DNA of 64,000 nucleotides from Octopus bimaculoides (taxonomy: Eukaryota): positions 64,590,168-64,654,167 of the forward strand of contig NC_068984.1 in assembly GCF_001194135.2 (NCBI RefSeq). The letters are read 5' to 3'. Below, piece by piece: positions 1 through 12,495 of the stretch. Every line of letters begins with the position of its first letter. The first letter of the stretch is position 1. The translations under genes were made by a program, and so were the position numbers. The notes under the pieces are model-generated. The model had not been told where the DNA came from and did no database searches. It worked only from the letters and a program-made list of their open reading frames with translations.

Positions 1-47
1 CCAACCCATGCTAGCATGGAAAGCGGACGTTAAACGATGATGATGAT
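1..47 (+). mobile_element. 3' tail of family B repeat ((GAT)n-tailed, RTE-type)
   Basis: CCAACCCATGCTAGCATGGAAAGCGGACGTTAAACGATGATGATGAT is identical to the end of the 19534-19703 copy. Confidence 0.85.
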
Positions 48-79
48 ATATATATATATATATATACACACACATACAT

Positions 80-243
80 GATAGGCTTCTTTCAGTTTCC
101 ATCTACCAAATCTGCTCAGAAGGCTTTGGTTGGCCCAAAGCTATTGTAGAAGACACTGGCCCAAGGTGCCACGTAGCAGGACTGAACCCAGAATCATGTG
201 GTTGGGAAGCAAGTTTCACACCACACAGCCATGTCTGTGCCTA
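80..243 (-). mobile_element. Family A SINE 5' half
   Basis: Reverse-complement homology to 5443-5600. Confidence 0.8.
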
Positions 244-954
244 TGTTTAATGTTTTTAAGGGAAATTACATAGGCTCATATGCTGAGTTTGAATGCTATT
301 TAATTTAGAAGAATCAATAGAGATCTATGTGATTGATGAAGGATTTATATTTGTATAAACTGGTGAGTTATTAGGACAGTTTACTAGGGTATTTGAATAT
401 TTGTGGAGAGACATGAATAATTATTTGTAAAGCATAGTAGATATTTGTTTATCCCAGCATGGACAATGAAAGGTAAATGATGATGATGATGCGTGCCTAT
501 ATAGGAGAAATAAGAATAAACTCATACATACATACATATATATATAATATTATTAGGGACAAAATCCAAAATTACAGGTAAAAAACTCAATTAAAATCAA
601 TTTATAAAAAATTAAAATTAAATTGAGCCTTATAGATAAAGTATATATAAAATATATATAGTTTTAGGGAAAATAACCAATTTTCAAGAACTCATCGATG
701 AAAATCCACTATCACATATAGAAAAATTAATAATTAAAAGCACAATAAATGAGTATAATATAAAGTAAAGTAAATATCATAAGATAAATATAATAAAAAG
801 ATTACACGTGTTTCATAACCAATTTTCAAATAGAAAAGAAATTTAAATCGATTAAAATCAATTGAAATTATCGAAAATAAGTTCTATNNNNNNNNNNNNN
901 NNNNNNNNNNNNNNNNNNNNNNNNNNNNNNNNNNNNNNNNNNNNNNNNNNNNNN

Positions 955-1022
<68 letters not shown>

Positions 1023-1591
1023 TACAGTTTGCAGCTTTGTGTGTTTGTGTTTATGTGCACTTTTGTACAAATATGTATTATTTTCCATCAATTACTGTGT
1101 GTAGATAGATAGGTTATTTGTGTGTTTAATGCTGGCAATGTTAACTAAATATTTATAAGGAGCATATTAGTGTGCATATATGAAGATATGGCTCCTATAA
1201 TACTTGTTTGTGTTGGTGCATGCAAAGCAAACAATCTATGTTTGTGTGTGTTTGTATGCAATCTATGTGTAAACTTGTTAAATGAACTTTATAAGATTAT
1301 GCCATATATTTTGTGGTGACAAAATTGATGACGGTGATGATGATGACAACGACGGAAATAACGACAACAATCATGACAATGACAATGATGAAGATGATAA
1401 TGATAAGACAATCATAATGATGAAGATGGTGATAAAATTTCATGAAATTAATTCTCATGAAAGTCTCCATTAACAAAGTTTACAGACAAGTCTAGGTCTC
1501 AATATAAATGAGAAATATGAAGAAGCCTGCCAACACATATCTCCTAGAATTTAATCTTCTCTACTACATACAGAACTATGTGTAGTGACGC

Positions 1592-1623
<32 letters not shown>

Positions 1624-1954
1624 CAGTAGCAGCAGCAGTAGCAGTAATAATGATATCATCTATCAAAAGCAGGCAGATGCTACAGACCGGTACCCTCCTA
1701 ACAACAGCCATTTCTTCAGTGTGCATATATAAAATGAAATAAAAGCGCAATAAATAAAGAAATAAAAATAACTTGTGATGCATTTTTATGACTGCGTAGA
1801 GAGAGATAGAGATAACAATACTGGAGTAGAAATGCTTTCTCATTTGGCTATTGTTATTTCTTCTTCAGACACAAGGAGTCATTTGCAAACTAAAGAGTTG
1901 CCAAACTACATCTGGATCTTGTGTTTGTGTGTAGTGGAGTGATTACAAATGTAT

Positions 1955-1989
<35 letters not shown>

Positions 1990-2341
1990 NNNNNNNNNNN
2001 NNNNNNNNNNNNNNNNNNNNNNNNNNNNNNNNNNNNNNNNNNNNNNNNNNNNNNNNNNNNNNNNNNNNNNNNNNNNNNNNNNNNNNNNNNNNNNNNNNNN
2101 NNNNNNNNNNNNNNNNNNNNNNNNNNNNNNNNNNNNNNNNNNNNNNNNNNNNNNNNNNNNNNNNNNNNNNNNNNNNNNNNNNNNNNNNNNNNNNNNNNNN
2201 NNNNNCACACACATATGCTAATAGACAATTTATAAATATTCTACATTTAGGTGTATGGAAGCATTTTATATATAGCCATATGTATGTGTATTGCATTATG
2301 CATGTATATATGTATATATACATACACACTAACATGTATGT

Positions 2342-2372
<31 letters not shown>

Positions 2373-2385
2373 CACACAGATATAT

Positions 2386-2417
<32 letters not shown>

Positions 2418-2447
2418 CATACATATATACAGACATACATATGTGTG

Positions 2448-2487
<40 letters not shown>

Positions 2488-3099
2488 ACCACACACACAT
2501 ATATATGCATATGCACACATATGCCCACGCAGATATGTACATATAAATAAATACATATACAAATGCCCATTCCCAAACAGCAATATAAAAAAAAAACACA
2601 TGCATATAAACAAATAATCCCCTAGCCCTCATTATTTTCTCTCCTTCATTTTTATTCTACCTCTTTTTTTTTTCACACACATACACATAAACACACTCAT
2701 TCATGAAGACACATACAGATAAAATACTTATTAAACAAGAATACTGACGTCTATCTTTTGTCTGCCTACCTATGTTATAACCCATTTGCAATGTTGTTTT
2801 GTAGTTGATGTTTGGCCATATTTCATTGTCATACTGGAGCCAGAGAGTTTAGACAAATTAACCAAAATGAACCACACCATACAAAATATTCAATAATCAG
2901 AGAATTTTTTCTTTTTTTTTTTTCTTCTGATTTTGATTGTATATACGATTCTGTGCATGAATGTGAGTAGGGATATATGCATAAGATTATATGTATATAC
3001 CATATGGCCAGATGTTAATGACATTGTCTAGTCAGAAGAGGTTACTGTATATGTATACACACATATAAATCATATTATATGTGTGTATATGTGTGCTTG

Positions 3100-3385
3100 T
3101 ATCATAATCAACTGTTTGGCTGTTTTACATCTACTTTCTACTTGCTGGCATGGGTTGGACAAGACTTCTTGGAGCATTATTGTGGCCAGATTGCCTTCTT
3201 GCTAATAACCTTTACTTGCATGTATGTACACACACACAGATGACAGTTTTCCAAAGGTTTCTGAGTACCAAATTTCACTTACAAGATATCTGTTAAGAAG
3301 AGGCTATAGAAGAAGGTGCCGTGCCATACCATAAGATTGAACCCGAAACAACATGACTGTAACGAAAACTTCTTGATCACACACA
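3100..3385 (-). mobile_element. Decayed family D SINE (A-type head, (GAT)n-type tail)
   Basis: ctggcatgggttggacaag tail and ggctatagaagaagg...attgaacccgaaac head remnants on the reverse strand. Confidence 0.55.
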
Positions 3386-5130
3386 TACACAAGGAGTTTG
3401 AGGTGTCAGGGAGGTGACAGTACATTTGACAGTCACTTTACCAATGCTTTTAAAGATGACTTGCCTGCACTTGAAACTCAGTTCTCACATATTGTTCTAT
3501 GAGCTGTTTTGATGCAACAGTGTACCACCACCAAGGTAACGGCATTAGCTAAGCAAAATTGTGGCTAGCTGATCAGTCTTAGACTCACACTAATCAGGGG
3601 ATTACCAACCTATGCATGTGAAGGCTAAATTTCCAACAGACAGCACAGATGAAACCCAGCCATTACTTTCAATTGACAGAAAGGCGATAAGCAGACATGT
3701 CACTGTCGTATGTGCACTTCAGAGCACAGGGAAACTCTTAGATTTGCACTAGTCATTCCACTACATCCCTGGTACCTTCACACCAACCATCTTGGCCTTG
3801 CTTTGACTTGGAAGATGATAGAGAGCAACTCTGTTGCTATAACCCAAAGCCAGTGCAATCCAAAATTTTGAAAATGTTCTGTGATGACAGGAGAGCTGCA
3901 TATTAGTAAGAGAGATTACATCAGTGATGCAGTTGCAAATGTGCACACTGGATGTTCAGACCATAAGATTGTTATCTACAGGACTGAATCAGCAGCTGGT
4001 CTGGCAGCCCTTTTCTAGGATCTCTCTACTTGCCTAAGTTCTGAGTCTTAGTCATCTTCAATAAAAAAAAAGTGGTTGGTGTGCAAACAACAATGTACAT
4101 GTTATTCAATCTATATGTTTTGTTGTATTTTATTTGGGTGGGTTCTCTACCAAAAAGAACTCATGTACTGGCTGGCAGTGGACTTTTTCTTGTTACTATT
4201 AACTAGTCTGTTGATTAATTATTTATTGACTAACTTGGCTAAATATTTTTCAAATATTTTTCATTATACATCTGAGGCCTTATTGATGATTTGATTTCTC
4301 ATTATAAAACTGATTTGTGTTTGTTTTCTGTATGTCAAGAGCACCATAGCAACCTACGTATGACACACGTACATATACATATGCATTCACACACACACAC
4401 ACATACACACACACACACACACACACTTGATACTACATGACACTTGGCAATATGCAACTAGCAAACACAAGTTAGGAAAATCAGTTGGGAAATGAAAATT
4501 CAAATTACTGAGAAGGTCACAGATGTGTGACAATAAATTTTTTAACAAACCAAAATAAACTGTCAATAATTGAATTATCAATTATAATAAATTAACAGTA
4601 ACAATAATGAAGTCAACTACGACACTTGTAATGTGTTTGTTAAAATACACACACTACAAGTGCATTTATTTTTATTGAGCAAATGACCTTTTCAAAGAAT
4701 AACAATATCTTCTCCAGCACCTGGTTTCACACAGAAGCTATGCGTGTGTGTACACACATACTTTTGCCAATGATAATTAATTCTAAGGTCATAAGCTAAA
4801 TGGTCTATGAATAATAGAAAAATTCAAAAGTATTCTGAGTTTTTGTTTTTCTTTATCGTTTTTATAAAATGAATAAAAGATTAATAAATTCAATAAAATT
4901 TACAAATAAAATCATATTGTTAATAATATAAATGAGTAGAAAGTTAGTCTCAAGGAGTACTATTTTAGCATATAATTTTGTGAATATACTTGGGATTTGA
5001 GAAAAAAGAAAAAAATATATGAGATTTTGTACACTACTATTTTAATTTTTCTTAACTTTGTAATCTCATGAGAATTCTTGAAACGCATAACTCTTAAACA
5101 ACTTTTTTAAAAAATTTTATGCATGTTCAT

Positions 5131-5261
5131 TAAAAATACAATTTTATTTAAGAACTTCTTAAAAATACAATTTTATTTAAGAACTTCTTAAAAATACAAT
5201 TTTATTTAAGAACTTCTTAAAAATACAATTTTATTTAAGAACTTCTTACAAATACAATTTT
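5131..5261. repeat. Perfect 29-bp minisatellite, 4.5 copies
   Basis: TAAAAATACAATTTTATTTAAGAACTTCT starts at 5131, 5160, 5189 and 5218, with a partial copy at 5247. Confidence 0.92.
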
Positions 5262-5442
5262 GTTGTGAGTACTCATCAATAATCTATGAAGGAAAATACA
5301 TTAGAATCATTTTCTATTCATACTGCTCCAGTGACGTTGCAGGACTTGAACTCAATTGCAAACTAACACAATGCAAATTAATTATGTTGTGCTCTTATTG
5401 CTTACAGTAGTGAACTGTCCTGACTCATTTAACATATTTACA

Positions 5443-5842
5443 GGCGTAAGAGTGGCTGTGTGGTAAGTGGCTTGTTTACCAACCACATGGTTCTGGGTTC
5501 AGTTCCACTGCGTGGCACCTTGGGCAAGTGTCTTCTACTATAGCCTCGGGCCAACCAAAGCCTTGTGAGTGGATTTGGTAGATGGAAACTGAAAGAAGCC
5601 CGCTGTATATATGTATATATATATTATATGTATGTGTCTGTGTTTGTCCCCCTGACATCACTTGACAACCGATGCTGTTGTGTTTACGTCCCCGTAACTT
5701 AGTGGTTCAGCAAAAAGAGGCCGATAGAATAAGTACTAGGCTTACAAAGAATAAGAAGTCCTGGGGTCGATTTGCTCCACTAAAAGGTGGTGCTCCAGCA
5801 TGGCCACAGTCAAATGACTGAAACAAGTAAAAGAGTAAAAGA
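5443..5842 (+). mobile_element. tRNA-headed CORE-like SINE, family A (full length)
   Basis: tRNA-like head (GTGGCTGTGTGGTAAG...GGGTTCAGTTCC), CORE-like GGCACCTTGGGCAAGTGTCTT, internal (TA)n, tail ...GACTGAAACAAGTAAAAGAGTAAAAGA. Many homologs in the window. Confidence 0.88.
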
Positions 5843-7255
5843 GGTCAATGAATACATCAGTGAGCTTTGCATACTCATGGTTACTATTTACACTAAAGTG
5901 GATTGAATCAGTGAGAGCTCAGTATTTGAATTCTAGTAGTAATACAGCATTGAAGTAAGATTCAAAGTGTTCACTCTTAAGCTCATTGTCTCATATAATT
6001 TGATAGAATGATATCTGTAATTTACAATAGTGTGGTACCTTGACACAATTTGAAACATAACATTTAGCATTTCTAACAAATTTTTTTCATTTTCTAACTT
6101 AGTTTCTTCCATTCTAAGTTTTATAACACTTATACAGTTATTGAACAATGCCTTTGGTCTTCAGATAAACTACTAAAAAATTATCCTAATGTATTGTTAT
6201 AATTTGGAAGAACCAACTTTAAAAAATATCAAGCATATGCAGACTTAAAATAATAATTATTATTACTATTAATTATAATACATTATTATTAAAGGGATGG
6301 AGAAAATTTTGACTGAACTTAATTTCCTCAAGTTTTTGTTTCTTTGACAAGGAGGGGCATCTTAGTATGAATATACTTGCATCTGAAAAGTATCCAGAAA
6401 TATTGAGCCATATATGCTAGAAATTGTCTCAGTTTAAGGTGTTCCGTTGTAGAGACACATTTCTATCTGTGGATAGGTCTACCACAAGGTAGATCTATTA
6501 ATAAGATTCTTAAATTCAGCAATCCGCAAAGTTAATTAATCATTTGTTAATTACATAGTGCTCCTGGTGCTTGTAGATATGAGAACTATCTTCTGCTATA
6601 AATGTGTGAATTGGGTTATCTCTGAAACAAGTGCAAGGATTTGTAGCACAAGTGCAAGGATTTGAACTGTCAGCACTTGACTGGAATTCTAAAAAACCAG
6701 TCAGTTGTGACTCTCAATAATGATATTGATAAAATAAATGAATTGTTGACAATGTAACGAATGTAAAGTTAACATCATTCTTTTATTTTCTTATTTTAAT
6801 ATACATGTTTTTAGAAACAGTACTATTTTTCATTTTGTGGTTATTTTGTAGAATTAGTTCCTCACATAAGGCCTAAATTAACTATTTTCAACTTGAGGAC
6901 TTCATAACATACATAATTAAAATACAATTACAAACCATTTGTTAATACACCTGAATATTTATTTTAGACCAGATGCCTATATAACATTCTAAGCATACAT
7001 GTATGTAATGTCTAAAATAGTGAAGTATCATTTGGGATAATAATTAATCCCCGTGTAAAAAGGTATGGGCATTGTCCAATGACAGATAATGTCTTTATTT
7101 CTGACTGAAGCAGTCTAAACAAGAAAATCCTAAGGTACAGCATTTTTAGTTATTTTAAGATCACTGTTGAATTTAATCCATGTGACAACAGTTTGTTCAC
7201 ATTATAGCCAAATAGAACTATCCAACTACAAACTAAAACAGTCTTTTCATATAAC

Positions 7256-7490
7256 ATCATCATCATCATTTAATGTCCACTTTCCATGCTGGCATGGGTT
7301 GGATGGTTTGATAGGAGCTGGTTGGGTAGAAGACTGCAGCAGGCTTCAGTGTTTGTTTTGGCATGCTTTTTTACAGCTAGATGTCCTTCCTAACACCAGC
7401 CACCCTGCAGAGTGGACTGGGTGCTTTTTTACGTGACACCAGCACAAGTGAGGTCAGTTTTGGCATGATTTTTACGGCTGGATATAGTTC
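7256..7490 (-). mobile_element. Family B repeat
   Basis: (CAT)n + ttaatgtccactttccatgctggcatgggttggatgg...; revcomp homology to 15700-15893. Confidence 0.8.
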
Positions 7491-8541
7491 CATCAATCCT
7501 TTTATGATTTGCAAAATGATTATTATTCAGACCAAAGCAGTTTAATTTGATAGTTTAATCTGAATAGATTGCTATTTTCTTATTGAAAATAGGTTTTGTT
7601 ATATATATTTAGAAGTTAGCTCATTAACAATGACATTATGTTAAAAATGATATTTCATGCAATATTCTGAAGCTTATAGAATAACTCTTTTGTGAAAGGA
7701 GCCACAAAATTTATATTTACAAAGAAATAATGCAGAAGTGAATATATGTATGTAGGCGTGATATAGCTGAGTTTCTTTTGCCTCCCATTTCCCAAAGTAA
7801 TTCAGCTATGAATCAGAGTACTAATAACATTTGAATAAATAACATTAAGAATTGGTAAATCTAACAAAATATTATTATTATCATTATTATTATTATTATT
7901 ATTATTAAATTACTAGAGTGATTTATACACTTTACAGATGGTTTTAAGCAATTACACACCTCACTTATCAGTCTTTTAACTGCATAACAACTCTTTGTTG
8001 TGTTGAAAGAAAAAGACGATATCAATCACAGAAAGGATTTTGTATTTGTTTTTCATGTCTCCACCTACCTAGTTCATGCTATGTTTATTTAAATTTGGAA
8101 CAAACAAAAAATAAAACAGTAACTAAATAGACTCATCAAAAAAAAAAAAGAAAAAAGAAAGAAAATGAAAGATGTTAATTTTAACTGATGTCTTAATCAA
8201 ATGTTTTTCTGTATTAGTTTGAGAACAGAGGGCAATGTTTATAGATTCCTTAGGCACTCCTACATTTGTCAGTGAATGATTACTAGGTAAATGCATTGCA
8301 GTTAATATTCAATTTGAATTCTTGAATGATAGCGACTAGAGTGGTGGGGATGGAGTGGAAACAGTGTTTAGAGATATACTGTTTCCAGAAAGATAGATTG
8401 CCTTAGTACAAAGTCTATCAACAATTGATTTTCATACATACAAACATACATGCATACATATATATATATACATATATACACACATAAACAGATGCCTAAG
8501 AACACAAACGTGCATATACATACATACATACATACATACAT

Positions 8542-8592
<51 letters not shown>

Positions 8593-8641
8593 CACAGATG
8601 AGTACATGTATTCTTGTGTGTGTGTGTGTGTGTGTGTACAC

Positions 8642-8730
8642 TTCATCATCATATTATTGCCCATTTTTCAATGCCTGCATGGGTAAGACAAAATTTGTTG
8701 AGGTAAGTTTTCTATGGTTGGATGCTCTCC
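8642..8730 (-). mobile_element. Family D tail fragment
   Basis: catcatcat...cccatttttcaatgcctgcatgggtaagacaaaatttgttgaggtaag resembles the revcomp of the D tails at 20620-20720 and 38710-38797. Confidence 0.55.
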
Positions 8731-9960
8731 AAGCAAGTCAATACTGACCCCAACTCCTTTGAACACAAACACCACAAACAACCAAGCATACATATGAAAT
8801 ACACAAACATAACAAGTTTGGATTAAGAACAAGGAAATGTCCTCCAAAACAGAAAGACCGGGAAGCATTTTTGATGGTGTGCATATAATTTCAACAAAGG
8901 TACCCCAGGAATTCATGTAAATTAATCTGATTTTAGAACAAGGAGAGATATTTAACAAATGAAGAACTAGGGTCTTTAAATCAAGTTTTTTTTGTTCTGT
9001 TTTTTTGAGTTAGTAAAGAGTCAGCTTTGGGGAAATTCAAACCAGCATCCAAAACTCTAAACAAGAATTTATAATCACAACAAAATTCTAAGAAAATCTC
9101 TATAATATTGGCCAAGATAAATGTCATAGTCATAGACAGAAACACATATAACTAACAATTGTCCAACAACAAAACAACATTTTACAAAATTTCAAACACT
9201 AACATCTGCAGCATATCTTTAGACTTTGAAACCAAGAATAATGTCATTATACTCATGTTGGATCACAGTGGAGAATATCTACCTCCATGCATACCATACA
9301 TTACAGTTAGAGAACACAAATTTAATATTTCTGGTAAATACCAAATGCAAGTTAATCAACCCCATGGAAACTAATTTAGGAATAGTTAGCAAGCATATTC
9401 TGGATTCCATTATAATTGGAACAAAAATACTTTTCTTGTATTACAAAACAACAATACATTCATAATAGAATGGCTCAGCAGAATTAGCGATGAAAAAGAA
9501 AATAAAGCTGCAAATTGACTGAGTTTGACATTGTAGCATTCTACCTAACCATAACTAAAGTCTTCTAATGAAAGCCTGGACTTTCACCAACAGCATCATA
9601 CCAATTAGTGAAACATTATGTACAGATGAAATTCTCTTTTGCTTTTTGATAAGTAATCCTGAGTTTAAAGAAAAATGGAAACAAATTGTTTGATGTCTCT
9701 CTGTGACCCACAACTGGGCTGAAATACTCTAAAGTATTGGAAGCTGTATTTTAAAACTTTTCCTGTCTTGTGAGGAGGTTCATACCAAGATGGTGGTTGT
9801 TATACTCTCATGAATAAGTTTGTTCACCTCTTTTGTAATATTTTCAATAATAATAGTCCAGTCTTGTGTGTTTATGTTCATCTATGTGCAAGGGCTAAAT
9901 ATATCTGTATATTTTATTCATAAAGCCAATAAAATGCTACTGTCATTATATTTTAACTCT

Positions 9961-9999
<39 letters not shown>

Positions 10000-11465
10000 A
10001 ATGTATATACAGACATATATTTGATATTTTTTTCTTTTATAATAGCAATAACAGAAACTGGTTCCTGTTTGCAATATAAATTTCCTGCTCTTTGATCACA
10101 TTTGTAATAAGCCATGCTTCATGCTAATTATATATCAAAATTTGTCAGTAACATGCTGTAGTTGCAGTTCATATAACATGACAATTCTTGGTAAGAAACA
10201 ATGCACCATGATTCCAACTGATAGTTTTTTAATTACTATTAGTAACATAACAATTACTGCTGATACTGAACCAAGGTTCAACATGTTGGTAGTATCTCAA
10301 GTTTCATATTTAAGAAGTACCATATTTTTATGTTAGCAATATATCCTTTTCATTTTCAAATTTAGTTTATACAGCACTTCCTGTTGGTAACATTCCATAT
10401 TTGATATTGGTAACATTTTCCTGTTGGTAGTGTACAATCTTTTGATGCTCCCTTTTGAGAAATAGTACACTGTGTTCTGTATTCTATGGTTTAGCACAAA
10501 TATTTTGCAATAGTTTTAGAATTTGTTATTTCATAAAAATCCATGATATTTTTCCAATGTATAATGAATCATAGTTTTCACATATTAAAGCAGTTTTGCC
10601 TTCTTTTTTTTTCTCTTTAATCATTAATAAAGCATTATATTTCCATGTATTATTAATAAACAAAGTATTTTCATATTTCAAATCCATTTCATATCACCAC
10701 TAGTAATTATTTCTAGGTGGAAATACATGGTAATACACTTTCTTCCTCATCCCACAACAGTGTGTGTGTTCTTATGTTGCTCGTACGTATAAGTCGCTTT
10801 TTCTTTTATTTTCATTTATTATTATTATTACTGTTTTATATATTTTTTTTTTTTGTTTTACTCTTATAATTTTGATAAGAAAGAAAAACAACAACCAAAA
10901 ATGAAAATTGTTTATCTATATAGCTCAACAGGATATTTTCTTCTCGCTATTAATTCAATATTTCCTCACCATCACCACCACCACCACAACTACAACCACT
11001 AACAATGCTTTAATACAACAGCTTTGCTAGATGGTAATACATTAGGTTTGCCATTAATATATTTGCCTGAAACATTAGGTTTGCTACTGCAGTTTCATGA
11101 TGTAATATATAATTCCTTTCATGTGGTAGCATATTTTAGCTAAAATAACAATAACATAAACGATGAAAGGATTAGATTATTGATTTCTTTTCTTAGGCAT
11201 GAATCCCCATTTTCTTAGATCACCCTATAAAAGGAGAAAGCACTGTTTCATTTTCACACAAGACAAAAACTTGATTTTTTTTTCCCCCCGTTTTCCTTGT
11301 AATTGTAGAATGTAGTTTTGTTTCTTGAGGTGTGATTAAATTGACTGCAGTATATTACAGATACCTGTATTTTAAAGAGAAAGATAAGAAGTAAACTTAC
11401 CCCTCCCAGTATGATTTGAACTCTGGAGTATGAAACTAAATAATGTTATACACTAAATATTTTCA

Positions 11466-11650
11466 AATTTTGACACAAGGCTAGCCATTTGGGCTGGGGA
11501 AGTCGATTATATCGACCCTAGTGTTCAGCTCATACTTATTTTTAATCACCCTGAAAGGATGACAGATGAAATTGACCTTGGCAGAAATTCCGCTCAAAAC
11601 ATATAGACAGATGAAATGCAGCTAAGTATTTTTCCCAGCATGCCAACAAA
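11466..11650 (-). mobile_element. Family F SINE
   Basis: Revcomp homology to 55639-55859 (CCTTTCATCC..GGGTCGAT..AAGTACCAG..CTGGGGTCGAT). Confidence 0.72.
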
Positions 11651-11689
11651 TTAATACACTAAATATTGAAATCAGGATTCAAATTTGGC

Positions 11690-11915
11690 TGTATAGTTAA
11701 AAATTCACTTCAGAACTAAGTACTTTTAAGTTCAATCCCACTGCAGGGCATCTAGAATAACTTCAGAGCAGACTTCAAAACTTGTGAGTGAAATTGAGCA
11801 AATGACAAATTGGGTAAATGGGACTGTACCAATAATTCTAAAGGACAAACCTTACCACAAAACATTGTGTTGCTTTTGCCTGAGAATTACCTTAAAGTTA
11901 CACATGACTGTGAAC
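11690..11915 (+). mobile_element. Highly decayed SINE (A-like head, C/E-like tail)
   Basis: aagttcaatcccactgcagggc...aaacttgtgagtgaa...aattctaaaggacaaaccttaccaca...cctgagaattaccttaaagttacacatgactgtg. Confidence 0.5.
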
Positions 11916-12185
11916 TATAATATAATTCAATAAATAGGTCAGTTTTATGAATTTATTTTAAAGAAGGTAAATAAACATCTCAATGTTAAATTAGCAAGAA
12001 AACATTGAGAAAGACCATTACAATACAAAAGCAGATAGAGAAGGTAAGTGATGTTGACACATTTACTCCTTTTCAAAGAGTAATAACATCTTAAAGTGAA
12101 ATGGAAGTTGAAACTTGACCACAGACATGGTTTTTTATAAGTGAAGACATTCAGCATCCCAGTAAAGAAGAACTATAATATGAAC

Positions 12186-12495
12186 AAAAGGCACCCATGC
12201 TGATGGCATGTAAAAGACACCTGTGCCAGTGACACATTAAAAGCACCTGTACTGGTGACATGTTAAGGGCACCTGTGTTGGTGACATATAAAAGCACCCA
12301 TGCCAGTGACATATAAAAGACACACAATATACTCTGTATAGTGGTTGGCATTAAAAAGGGCACTGAACTATGGAAACCAAGCCAAAGCCAACGACAGAAG
12401 CCTGGTGAAGTTCTCTGGCTTACTAGCTTCAGTCAAACCATCAAAGCCATGTGAGCATGGAAAACAGATGTTAAATGATGATAATGATGATGATC
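12186..12495 (+). mobile_element. Family B repeat with ~5.5 tandem 25-26-bp subunits
   Basis: Units like AAAAGCACCTGTGCCAGTGACATAT at 12186-12322, then a decayed B tail ending in (GAT)n. Confidence 0.78.

Noticed and set aside
5131-5261. CRISPR-like array (29-bp repeat)
   Set aside because: The repeats are contiguous with no spacers, the context is eukaryotic, and there are no cas genes.
11852-11885. Minus-strand ...TTT TGT G|GTAAG (FCG plus donor) as a second CUB exon
   Set aside because: It lies inside a decayed SINE tail, and the upstream reading frame has stops and no CUB similarity.
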